Positions 1-7,966 of a DNA stretch of 32,000 bases are shown here, piece after piece. The first letter of the stretch is position 1; each line of letters opens with the position of its first letter. The notes beneath the pieces were generated by a model. That model did not search any database. It saw nothing but the letters and a program-made list of their open reading frames with translations, and was not told the DNA's origin. Location of the stretch: assembly GCF_000020025.1 (NCBI RefSeq), contig NC_010628.1, positions 690,001 through 722,000 of the forward strand, written 5' to 3'. Made by a program: the position numbers and the translations under genes. This DNA comes from Nostoc punctiforme PCC 73102 (lineage in GTDB: Bacteria > Cyanobacteriota > Cyanobacteriia > Cyanobacteriales > Nostocaceae).

Positions 1-320
1 CTCGGCAGGTGGGCAAACTTTTCTCTTCCAAACAAATCGTTCATCGTCAGCGTTAATGGCAGCAGGGAAACAAAATCCTGAGTGGTTTTGCTGTCGATTA
101 AAGCGGCTGTAACAACTTTGTCTTTGACCTTGATGTTTATCTTCATACTGTCTGCCTGCTTGATTGATATTTCAGTCGGCATCTTCAACGAGGCACTGCT
201 AGTCATACTGTTGTCGGCACGGCAGGCTGAGTTACTCAGGGACATCACTAGGGCGAGAACCAAAATCAGTATTCTCTGCTGGCAGTTTTTCCCCTTGACG
301 GGAAACCATTTCAACAGCAC
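1..320 (-). CDS. cyclophilin-like-fold protein with hydrophobic N-terminal signal-like segment (3' end lies outside the window)
   Basis: Absent from the ORF track because it runs off the window edge. The minus-strand frame is open from 320 to 1. Translation reads ...QQRILILVLALVMSLSNSACRADNS...MKINIKVKDKVVTAALIDSKTTQDFVSLLPLTLTMNDLFGREKFAHLP. This resembles, from memory, the small cyclophilin-like family (I-x-V...A-x-L-x-D-x-x-T...F-x-x-LPL...L-x-G-x-EK). Start is uncertain: GTG at 320 overlapping the cupin stop (TAGTG), or ATG at 245. Confidence 0.45.
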   Translation of the reverse strand, partial: MLLKWFPVKGKNCQQRILILVLALVMSLSNSACRADNSMTSSASLKMPTEISIKQADSMKINIKVKDKVVTAALIDSKTTQDFVSLLPLTLTMNDLFGREKFAHLP

Positions 321-721
321 TAAGATATTCCTCCATACTGCTTGTCGCTGACATGCTCCATCCAGTCCACAGGCTTACCGTCGAGCCATTCCTGAATAGC
401 AATGTGCGTCATCGCCGTGGTTGCTGTAGCACCGTGCCAATGCTTCTCACCTAGCGAGATCCAGATTGTGTCCCCCGGTCGAATTTGCTCGATCGAGCCG
501 CCCCAGCGCTGTACTAAACCACAGCCAGCCGTCACAATCAAGGTTTGTCCTAATGGGTGCGTGTGCCATGCTGTCCGAGCGCCAGGCTCAAACGTGACAC
601 TGGCTCCAGACGTGCGTGCTGGATCGTGCGCCTCGAATAGGGGATCAATGCGGACAGTGCCCGTAAAATAATCAGCCGGTCCTTTGGCAGAAGGCTGTGA
701 GCCACTTCTTTTAATGTCCAT
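320..721 (-). CDS. cupin domain protein
   Basis: Track ORF 320-838, trimmed to the internal ATG at 721 ([11 protein letters not shown]...). Cupin motifs G-x5-H-x-H ([14 protein letters not shown]) and G-x5-P-x-G...H-x-H ([19 protein letters not shown]) are present. It is divergent from an AraC regulator. Confidence 0.8.
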   Translation of the reverse strand: MDIKRSGSQPSAKGPADYFTGTVRIDPLFEAHDPARTSGASVTFEPGARTAWHTHPLGQTLIVTAGCGLVQRWGGSIEQIRPGDTIWISLGEKHWHGATATTAMTHIAIQEWLDGKPVDWMEHVSDKQYGGIS

Positions 722-929
722 TTTCTTAATTCCTTTACTTGATGCAATTTTGGTGGCTAGCAGGCAAGTCTCTTGCCGAATCAAAACTGAGTTTTCTCTT
801 AAATAAAAATCCAGAATGCTTAAATAAGGCGAAATCATTTTTCATTGCTTTAGCTTCATTCTAAGAATCCTGAAGAACAAGTAATAGGACGATCGTCTAA
901 GATCGTTGTACAATTCTGCAAACTTAGAA
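722..929. promoter_or_regulatory. divergent intergenic region between the cupin operon and its AraC-family regulator
   Basis: A 208-bp AT-rich spacer lies between divergent start codons. No specific operator motif was identified by eye. Confidence 0.3.
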
Positions 930-1910
930 ATGAACGCTGCTAAAACGAGTGAGAAGTCCAATATCGATTTAATGAACGACCCGCAGGCAAAGCGCCAGGT
1001 AGACAGAGCGCAAGCCAACAGAGACGAACTCAAAGAGCTGATTGCACAGGCGATTCCTCATGATGGAACGATTGAGCCGCTTAAAGGTTTGCACTTCAAC
1101 CGCTCCTCCTCGCCTTCGGAATGCGTTCATAGTGTCTCTATCCCTGCGTTTTGTGCGATCGCTCAGGGCAGCAAAGAAGTTCTTTTGGGTAGCGAGCGCT
1201 ATCAGTACGACCCGATGCATTATCTGCTTGCTACGGTCGAACTGCCAATTGTCAGTCAAATTTTGGAAGCGTCCAAGGCGCAACCGTACCTTAGTCTTCG
1301 CCTCGATCTTGACCCTACTCTCGTTGGCTCAGTGATGGTCGAGGCAGGGTATCCCTCGCGCAGGCGTGCTGATGTGAAAGCGATTGACGTAAGTCCATTG
1401 AATGCAAATCTGTTGGATGCTGTAGTGCGGCTCGTCAGGCTTTTAGATTCCCCTGCTGAAGCTCATGTTCTCGCACCACTGATTAAGCGGGAAATCATTT
1501 ACCGACTCCTGATGGGAGAGCAAGGTAATCGGCTCCGTCATATTGCAGTTCTGGGTGGCTACACTTACCACATCGCCAGAGCCGTCGAGCGACTTCGTAA
1601 AGACTTTAACGAACCGATCAAGATTGAAAGCATCGCCCGAGAGCTGGGAATGAGTGTTTCGGGCTTCCACCATCACTTCAAGTCTGTCACTGCCATGAGT
1701 CCCTTGCAGTACCAAAAGCAACTGCGACTCCAGGAGGCTCGCCGTCTGATGCTGGGGGAAAAGCTTGATGCTACCAGTGCTGCCTACCGCGTGGGTTATG
1801 ATGATGCCTCGCATTTCAACCGGGAGTACAAGCGGCTTTTTGGTGCGCCACCGATGCGCGATGTGGAGCGGCTGCGAGAAGCTGCTAGGGAGACTGCTAG
1901 TTCAATTTGA
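930..1910 (+). CDS. AraC family transcriptional regulator (AraC_N-like sensor domain + C-terminal double HTH)
   Basis: Track ORF 906-1910 begins with TTG; the first ATG is at 930. The C-terminus IESIARELGMSVSGFHHHFKSVTAMSPLQYQKQLRLQEARRLM...AAYRVGYDDASHFNREYKRLFGAPP is a textbook AraC/XylS HTH pair. Confidence 0.85.
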   Translation: MNAAKTSEKSNIDLMNDPQAKRQVDRAQANRDELKELIAQAIPHDGTIEPLKGLHFNRSSSPSECVHSVSIPAFCAIAQGSKEVLLGSERYQYDPMHYLLATVELPIVSQILEASKAQPYLSLRLDLDPTLVGSVMVEAGYPSRRRADVKAIDVSPLNANLLDAVVRLVRLLDSPAEAHVLAPLIKREIIYRLLMGEQGNRLRHIAVLGGYTYHIARAVERLRKDFNEPIKIESIARELGMSVSGFHHHFKSVTAMSPLQYQKQLRLQEARRLMLGEKLDATSAAYRVGYDDASHFNREYKRLFGAPPMRDVERLREAARETASSI

Positions 1911-2653
1911 TCTCCTCGAGATGCCCTAAAATTCCCAGAAATCGCTGTTTATAGGCAGTATGACTTCAATCGTGAGTATCACAGTAACTCTGAGCAGTAC
2001 GCCAGCCTGGATTTCAGCCTTAACGACCAGAATTTTCCTTTCATAAGAATAAGCCAATTAGCCGCTCTTCGCTGGGAACAAGTGAACCAAAGGACATGAC
2101 ACCACAGCAATCCAAACGTTTTGAGGGCACAAAAATATCCAGTACACAGTGTGTTATACCGAATTAGCACCAGGACGATTCAAGGACTTCTGGTTGGATT
2201 GAAAAATAGAAAAATTTCCTATAATTATTGCTGAGGCTAGCTTATAGCTGTTGCGTGGCACTTCGTTGCAGCTTCGCTATCTTTACCCCAAGATCGGTCT
2301 GGTCGCGGCATCTTGTTGAGGACAGTATTCCTCCAGTAAGACTGCCTCTACTCTAGAATTGCCTGCCAACATCTGACAACAAAATTGCTCAATTCTGTCA
2401 AAATTCGGCAATCTTAGCTTTTCAATTACTTGGAATATAGGTTTTTACTGGGGATGCACAGATTTACGCCCCTATTGGAGTATTTGTATTAATTGCTTCA
2501 TAAATATTCCTATAGATATGGAACAATATCATACTTCTCTATTTACGTCTTATATCTAAAGACAGAAGATTAAGGTTAAAATTTGGGAAACCTAAGAGGG
2601 ATTACTCCCAAGAGATTTCCTGCCTACTTATCGCAGAAAGCAACTGAGGTCAG

Positions 2654-3676
2654 ATGAAGCAACCTTTAAATCAAGTCAAAGAGTGGGAACAACGTCGTGA
2701 TGAAGCAAACCGCTACTACCAGCGCGGTAAATTTCAAGAATCTCTCGATCTTGCAACCAAAAATTTACACTTGGCTAGAGCAATTCGAGATCGAGCCAGA
2801 GAAGGTCACACATTAAACGATCTCGGTTTAGCTCACCTCAGTTGCTGGCAACCTCAAAGAGCATTAGAGCGCTTTAATCAGGCGCTTTCGGTTGCTATTG
2901 AAATTGGCAACCCGCCAGCAGAAGCAACTGCACTTAGCAATCTGGGTTCTACCTACAGCCGTCTTGGACGCTTTTCGCAAGCTTTAGAATATTTTGACAA
3001 AGCACTGCCAATCTTTAGGCGATCGCAAGATATTCAAAGTGAAGTTTCTACTCTTAATGATGTAGCGCTAATTTATACCCGCTTAGGAGAACCGAAACGG
3101 GCACTGTTGCTACAACACCAAATTTTGAGAATGCGGCGATTGTTAGGTGACTTTTCTGGTGAGGCAACAACGCTCAATGGCATTGGGTTTGCTTACAATG
3201 TCTTAGGCAAGTTTGAGCAAGCACTAGAATTTTTTGAAGCAGCGCTTCCAATTCAACGAGCCGTCAAGAATGTGCTTGGTGAAGCAACCACTTTGAATAA
3301 TATTGCCTCAATCTATAGTGATTTAGGAAAACCGAAACAAGCGCTATTACTCTACTATCAAGTTCTTTTGACACGTCAGGCAATCAGCGATCGCGCTGGC
3401 GTTGCTACAACCCTTCACAACATTGGTTTTACTTACAGCACCCTGGCACAGCATCGCCAAGCAATGAAGTTCTACAAGCAAGGCATTGTGATTTATCAAC
3501 AACTGGGCGATAATCTCGGAGAAATTTCAACTTTGCTGAATATGGGAACCCTTTACGCCACAACAAAACGTAAAAAAATGGCGCGATCGTGCTACCAAAA
3601 CGCTCAAGATTTAGCAGAGCAAATCGAACACCAGCCACTCTTGGAAAAAGTACAGCAGTTTATAGATTCTCTGTAG
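2654..3676 (+). CDS. tetratricopeptide repeat (TPR) protein
   Basis: 340 aa, ATG preceded by GAGG. About 8 consecutive ~40-aa units follow the pattern E-A-T-T-L-N-x-I-G-x-x-Y-x-x-L-G-x-x-x-x-A-L-x-x-x-x-x-A-L. Confidence 0.85.
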   Translation: MKQPLNQVKEWEQRRDEANRYYQRGKFQESLDLATKNLHLARAIRDRAREGHTLNDLGLAHLSCWQPQRALERFNQALSVAIEIGNPPAEATALSNLGSTYSRLGRFSQALEYFDKALPIFRRSQDIQSEVSTLNDVALIYTRLGEPKRALLLQHQILRMRRLLGDFSGEATTLNGIGFAYNVLGKFEQALEFFEAALPIQRAVKNVLGEATTLNNIASIYSDLGKPKQALLLYYQVLLTRQAISDRAGVATTLHNIGFTYSTLAQHRQAMKFYKQGIVIYQQLGDNLGEISTLLNMGTLYATTKRKKMARSCYQNAQDLAEQIEHQPLLEKVQQFIDSL

Positions 3677-3690
3677 CTTGATAAAAGCTA

Positions 3691-3870
3691 GGGGGCAGGG
3701 GGCAGAGGGGCAGAGGAGCAGGGGGACAAGGGGGAATTATTAAACAAGTCTCTCCGTCTCTCACCTCTTCCTTGTCTCTTCTTCATGCCCCTTCCCCTCT
3801 GCTCCCGTTCGGCTACGCTACCTCGGCTCCGCTCGGCACAAGTCACGGCAAGCCTGCTCCCCTGCTCACT
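3691..3870. repeat. composite small dispersed repeat: G-rich heptamer run, ~60-nt conserved core, C-rich heptamer-like run
   Basis: GGGGCAG-type units lie at 3691-3735. The core ctcccgttcggctacgctacctcggctccgctcggcacaagtcacggcaagcctgctccc at 3802-3862 recurs at 13648-13706 with about 4 mismatches. C-rich inverse units (cctgctcccctgctc) follow at 3855-3870. Confidence 0.8.
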
Positions 3871-3892
3871 GCTTATTAATACCGCAAGCTCA

Positions 3893-3930
3893 AATTCCCG
3901 ACTTCTTTAAAAAGTCGGGAATTTTTTGTT
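3893..3930 (+). terminator. rho-independent terminator candidate
   Basis: Perfect 12-bp stem aattcccgactt / aagtcgggaatt (3893-3904 / 3912-3923) with a 7-nt loop, running into TTTTTTGTT. It lies downstream of the TPR gene. Confidence 0.5.
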
Positions 3931-4043
3931 CGAGTTGAAGCTCAAAAAGTTCGCAACTTCGTTACCGCCGACCATATACTAATCAACAGGTTACGATCAA
4001 TTAAGAAGTAATAATTTTTTATGGCACCGCCAGGAGTCTTTTT

Positions 4044-4262
4044 ATGTTCATTAATGAATTGTCACCTATATTCAGAGAATTTATCCAGCATCCAGCCTCA
4101 TTTGTAGGTGGGTTATTCTCTGGTGTGCTTCGGCTCAATCTAGCAGACGATCCTGTTAAAAGCTGGCTGGATCAACAGAGCCGCTCAAATAGCTATACCA
4201 GCAGCACAACAGAAGCACATAATGGCAAAGCAAGTGGGCCTCAACAGATTTCGATTGACTAA
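4044..4262 (+). CDS. small hypothetical protein (72 aa)
   Basis: Track ORF with ATG start: MFINELSPIFREFIQHPASFVGGLFSGVLRLNLADDPVKSWLDQQ... followed by a polar tail. No family recognised; coding status is inferred from the clean ORF in a gene-sized gap. Confidence 0.45.
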   Translation: MFINELSPIFREFIQHPASFVGGLFSGVLRLNLADDPVKSWLDQQSRSNSYTSSTTEAHNGKASGPQQISID

Positions 4263-4305
4263 ATTTTTGATTAATCGCAAATCCGGTTAATTATTATTGG
4301 TAATA

Positions 4306-4493
4306 GGGAATTGGGAACAGGGAATAGTGATAGAAACCTTAGTTATGGGTCAAAATCCCATTTGAAAAAAGATGTTTTTCGAGACGCGCAGCGCTCTAAA
4401 ATCGGTGTCCTTGTTACAACCCACGCTTGCAACCCGTGGGTTTCCCCAATTCCCAATTCCCAATTCCCAATACCCAATACCCAATACCCAATA
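4306..4493. repeat. STRR-type heptamer arrays in inverted orientation flanking a ~120-bp core
   Basis: Left arm is gggaattgggaacagggaat (4306-4325). Right arm is seven tandem heptamers, CCCAATT x3 then CCCAATA x4 (4445-4493). An internal hairpin aacccacg...cgtgggtt sits at about 4418-4443. Confidence 0.8.
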
Positions 4494-4508
4494 CATAGCC
4501 AAGGAAAT

Positions 4509-5675
4509 ATGGAATCCCTAACCTCTCGTATGCAGGATGTACAGTCGCCGATTATTCCTGTGGTTGGGGAACTGATTAAAAACTCTCCAGGAACAATCTC
4601 TCTAGGACAGGGTGTTGTTCATTACAACCCACCACCGGAAGCTATTGAATTTTTATCCAAATTTTTAGCCGATCCTGCTAACAATTTATACAAATCAGTC
4701 GAGGGAATTCCCCCATTGCTGACAGCAATTGCTGGAAAATTGCAAGCCTTCAATGGTATTGAAATCAATGGGGAAAACTGCATCGTCGTGACAGCAGGGA
4801 GCAATATGGGATTTATGAATGCCATTCTTGCTATTACTAACCCAGGCGATGAAATTATTTTGAATACGCCTTACTATTTCAACCATGAAATGGCGATCGC
4901 AATTGCTGGTTGTCGTGCGGTGTTAGTGGCGACAGATGAAAATTACCAACTACGCCCAGAAGCGATCGCTCAAGCAATTACTCCCAAAACCCGGGCTATA
5001 GTCACAATTTCGCCCAATAATCCCACTGGAGTAGTCTATTCAGAAGCAGCATTGCGCCAAGTAAATCAAATTTGTGACACTCACCGCATCTACCACATCA
5101 GCGATGAAGCATATCAATACTTTACCTATAACGGCGTAAAACACGTTTCTCCTGGTGCATTTGGGAAGAGCAAGTACACTATTTCTCTATTTAGCCTTTC
5201 CAAAGCATACGGTTTTGCTAGTTGGCGCATTGGCTATATGGTGATTCCCAAACACTTATTTGTCGCTATCAAAAAAGTCCAGGATACAATTTTGATTTGT
5301 CCGCCAGTAATTTCCCAATATGCAGCTTTAGGGGCATTGCAAGCGAAAGAGGAGTATTTGCAGAGTAATATAGGTGCAATTTTTCAAGTGCGGCAATTAG
5401 TACTCGACTCTCTTAACCGCCTAGAAGGTTTATGTAGCATTACACCTGCTAATGGCGCTTTCTATTTTTTCCTCAAAGTTAATACTCAGATGGATGCTTT
5501 TGAGTTAGTTAAAAGACTAATCCAGGAACATAAAGTAGCAGTCATTCCAGGTACAACTTTTGGTATGGATGACGGATGTTACCTGCGCGTTGCTTACGGT
5601 GCGCTGCAAAAAGAGACAGCCAAAGAAGGTATAGAAAGATTAGTACAAGGTTTGGAAACTATAGTTAGAAGTTAA
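4509..5675 (+). CDS. pyridoxal-phosphate-dependent aminotransferase, class I/II (AspC-like)
   Basis: Track ORF 4311-5675, trimmed to ATG 4509 (MESLTSRMQDVQSPIIP...). The upstream 66 codons translate the heptamer repeat (PIPNSQFPIPNTQYPIH). Motifs present: SPNNPTG, and SLSKAYGFASWRIGY with the PLP lysine. Confidence 0.85.
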   Translation: MESLTSRMQDVQSPIIPVVGELIKNSPGTISLGQGVVHYNPPPEAIEFLSKFLADPANNLYKSVEGIPPLLTAIAGKLQAFNGIEINGENCIVVTAGSNMGFMNAILAITNPGDEIILNTPYYFNHEMAIAIAGCRAVLVATDENYQLRPEAIAQAITPKTRAIVTISPNNPTGVVYSEAALRQVNQICDTHRIYHISDEAYQYFTYNGVKHVSPGAFGKSKYTISLFSLSKAYGFASWRIGYMVIPKHLFVAIKKVQDTILICPPVISQYAALGALQAKEEYLQSNIGAIFQVRQLVLDSLNRLEGLCSITPANGAFYFFLKVNTQMDAFELVKRLIQEHKVAVIPGTTFGMDDGCYLRVAYGALQKETAKEGIERLVQGLETIVRS

Positions 5676-5687
5676 AAGTCATTCATT

Positions 5688-5715
5688 CTGCCTTCTGCCT
5701 TCTGCCTCCTGCCTG
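5688..5715. repeat. tandem heptamers CTGCCTT/CTGCCTC (4 units)
   Basis: ctgccttctgccttctgcctcctgcctg lies directly after the aminotransferase stop. Confidence 0.8.
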
Positions 5716-5745
5716 CTCTGCAATCCTAAATATAAAATTGAACAG

Positions 5746-6183
5746 ATGCCGATTATTAATAAGCTAATTGAAATTGAAACTGAACCAAAAATTAATATTT
5801 ATAATATAACACCAGAAATTCAAGACTTTCTTGCTTCAACATCAATTAAAAATGGACAAGTTTTAGTATTTTCTCGTCATACAACGACAGCTTTAGCTAT
5901 CAACGAGAATGAAGTCAGATTGTTAGAAGATATAAAAGTATTCTTAAAAAAAATAGCGCCAGAGTCGGACAGTTACTTGCATAATGACTTGCATTTAAGA
6001 GATGTCCCGGAAGATGAGCCAATTAATGCTCACTCTCACTTAATGGCAATGATGCTGACCACTAGTGAGATAATTCCCATTGTGGATGGGAAATTAGCTT
6101 TGGGAACCTGGCAATCTGTGTTGTTTTTTGAGTTGGATGGGCCACGTAAAAGAACGGTATTTGTCCAAATTTCTGGTGAATAA
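5746..6183 (+). CDS. yjbQ: YjbQ/UPF0047 family protein (secondary thiamine-phosphate synthase-like)
   Basis: 145 aa. It carries SRHTTTALAINENE, then HL...N-A-HSHL and a G-x-W-Q segment, as is typical of UPF0047. Confidence 0.8.
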   Translation: MPIINKLIEIETEPKINIYNITPEIQDFLASTSIKNGQVLVFSRHTTTALAINENEVRLLEDIKVFLKKIAPESDSYLHNDLHLRDVPEDEPINAHSHLMAMMLTTSEIIPIVDGKLALGTWQSVLFFELDGPRKRTVFVQISGE

Positions 6184-6369
6184 TGCAACTTCACATCTAC
6201 AATCCTCTCAGAACAACCCAAATCTGAGAGAATTACGAACACGACGATCAACAAGTGCATCAGTTGAATTTACTTACAGCAATTAAAAATCTGAAAGAAT
6301 GTTTCTAAGCATAACCTTCCTTTCCACAAACCAGAACTTTCGTTGTGTCAAAGGCAGAGGCAATTAGTG

Positions 6370-7446
6370 ATGAAAAATAACGATAACTTTGTATTACGTA
6401 ATACTTGGTACTATGCTCTACCTAGTAATCAGATCAAGCCAGGTATGATGATCAGCCGCATTTTCTTGGGTGAACCTGTGCTGCTAGTCCGAGACCAAAA
6501 TGGTAAAGTCTCGGCTATGAGAGATATTTGTCCTCATCGTGCCGTGCCTTTAAGTTGTGGTAGATTCGATGGGCAGGAAGTGGAATGCTGCTATCACGGT
6601 TGGCGCTTTAACTCAGCTGGACGCTGTACTGCAATTCCATCTCTTGTTGAGGAGCAGCAGATGGATTTAAGCCGCTTTGACGTACAATCATACGAAGTTC
6701 GGGAAGCCCAAGGGAATATTTGGATATATATGGCTGATCCCGATAAATCTCAGCCTGCTGCTTCTGATATGGAGATTCCGGTGATCCCAGGGTTTGAGGA
6801 GCGATCCCTACGGGGGGCTTCGCCAACGCCCCAATTTGTAGAGGTAATGAAATTCCCCTGTTTTGTGGATCATGCAGTAGTAGGTCTGATGGACCCTGCT
6901 CATTCTCCCTATGTTCATCGTGCTTGGTGGTGGCGAAGTGGGCAACTGCATGAGGAAGTTAAGCAATTCGATGCTTCGCCCTACGGCTTCACAATGCGAC
7001 GACACCGATTGCCTGCAAATGGGGGTAGATTATACTTGCTGATTGGTGGTGGTGTGCCGGAAACAGAGATTTCTTTTCGTTTACCTAGCGTCAGAATAGA
7101 AGAAACCACAATTGGCAACCATAGAGTTGTTAATTTAACGGCAGTTACCCCCATTTCAGACACAGAAACTGAGGTAACTTTTGTTCTTTACTCGACACTT
7201 CCCTGGGTGGGATTTTTCAAGCCACTGCTGCATGTATTGGCACAAACCTTCCTGGGTCAAGACCGAACAGTTGTGGAAAAGCAACAGATTGGCCTTAAAT
7301 ATAATCCTGTACTGCGACTGATTAAGGATTCAGATATGCAGGCGCAGTGGTATTACCAGTTAAAGCGGGAGTATGCCCGGTCTGTCGCTGAAGGACGAGA
7401 ATTTGTGAACCCTGTTAAGGATCAAGTACTTCGCTGGCGTGCTTAA
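6370..7446 (+). CDS. Rieske [2Fe-2S] oxygenase, PaO/Tic55-like
   Basis: The track ORF starts at TTG 6343; ATG at 6370 (MKNNDNF) is preferred. Rieske motif C-P-H-x17-C-Y-H (CPHRAVPLSCGRFDGQEVECCYHGW). Mononuclear iron motif D-x2-H-x4-H (DPAHSPYVH). Confidence 0.85.
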   Translation: MKNNDNFVLRNTWYYALPSNQIKPGMMISRIFLGEPVLLVRDQNGKVSAMRDICPHRAVPLSCGRFDGQEVECCYHGWRFNSAGRCTAIPSLVEEQQMDLSRFDVQSYEVREAQGNIWIYMADPDKSQPAASDMEIPVIPGFEERSLRGASPTPQFVEVMKFPCFVDHAVVGLMDPAHSPYVHRAWWWRSGQLHEEVKQFDASPYGFTMRRHRLPANGGRLYLLIGGGVPETEISFRLPSVRIEETTIGNHRVVNLTAVTPISDTETEVTFVLYSTLPWVGFFKPLLHVLAQTFLGQDRTVVEKQQIGLKYNPVLRLIKDSDMQAQWYYQLKREYARSVAEGREFVNPVKDQVLRWRA

Positions 7447-7587
7447 ATTACTCCGAACTAAATTCTGCAAATTCTGGGCACTTTAGCTGATGATACCCTG
7501 ACACAATTAAGAGCAATAATTCCAGCAATCAATAAAAGCGCCGCCAGAATCAATGAATCATTGATTTGACCTTTGTTTAATTCAAAT

Positions 7588-7704
7588 AGGACTTACGCAA
7601 ATTATCTCTCAAACTCTGATTTCTCCGTGCCCTCTGTGCCTCTGTGGTAGCCTGCGGCAAGCCGCTCCGCGTCTACGTTATTCCGTAACTCGTGCGTAAG
7701 TCCT
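7588..7704. repeat. 117-bp MITE-like element with 12-bp perfect terminal inverted repeats
   Basis: AGGACTTACGCA (7588-7599) and TGCGTAAGTCCT (7693-7704) bracket a core containing ctctgatttctccgtgccctctgtgcctctgtggtag. A related partial copy lies at 24438-24478. Confidence 0.7.
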
Positions 7705-7776
7705 ATCAAAATGCAAAATTCTGTTAGGAAGAATAAAGAAAATTTTGAATTAATTAATTTCGAGTTACAGGCTCCC

Positions 7777-7924
7777 CTGACTTTTCAGGTTATGTGGAAA
7801 AGTCCACCAAAAACCTAACCCCCTAACCTCCTTCCCGACGCGGGAAGGGGGAAAATTCAAAGTCTCTCTCCTTAAAGGAAGAGAGAAATAGAAGAGAGGT
7901 TTTCCAGATGCCGTGAAAAGTCAG
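7777..7924. repeat. MITE-like palindromic repeat element
   Basis: 11-bp inverted termini ctgacttttca (7777-7787) and tgaaaagtcag (7914-7924). Internal hairpins ccttccc-gacgc-gggaagg and ctctctcctt-aaa-ggaagagag. It sits just downstream of the kinase gene. Confidence 0.65.
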
Positions 7925-7966
7925 ACAGACTCCCACTGATTGTCTTTAATTTTTAATCTTTAATTT

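Noticed and set aside
82-671. Plus-strand track ORFs 82-351 and 402-671
   Set aside because: They are shadow frames opposite the cyclophilin-like and cupin genes. They have low-complexity or Cys/Pro-rich translations with no motifs.
1979-2170. 63-aa minus-strand ORF in the gap after the AraC gene
   Set aside because: The Cys/Leu/Trp-rich translation has no motif and overlaps the possible integrase relic on the other strand.
4445-4493. Short tandem repeats here, and at 3691-3735, 5688-5715 and 13582-13610, as a CRISPR array
   Set aside because: The units are 7 nt, contiguous and without spacers. This is the STRR-type heptamer pattern of heterocystous cyanobacteria, not CRISPR.
4311-4508. N-terminal 66-codon extension of the aminotransferase ORF given by the track
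   Set aside because: It translates tandem heptamers and other repeat DNA (PIPNSQFPIPNTQYPIH). The conserved aminotransferase sequence starts at ATG 4509, which has an AAGGA-like RBS.
7477-7575. Short minus-strand hydrophobic ORF (...INDSLILAALLLIAGIIALNCVRVSSAKVPRICRI) as a possible small membrane peptide or type I toxin
   Set aside because: It has no ATG or GTG start in frame (only TTG), no convincing RBS and no partner antisense structure identified. The evidence is insufficient.
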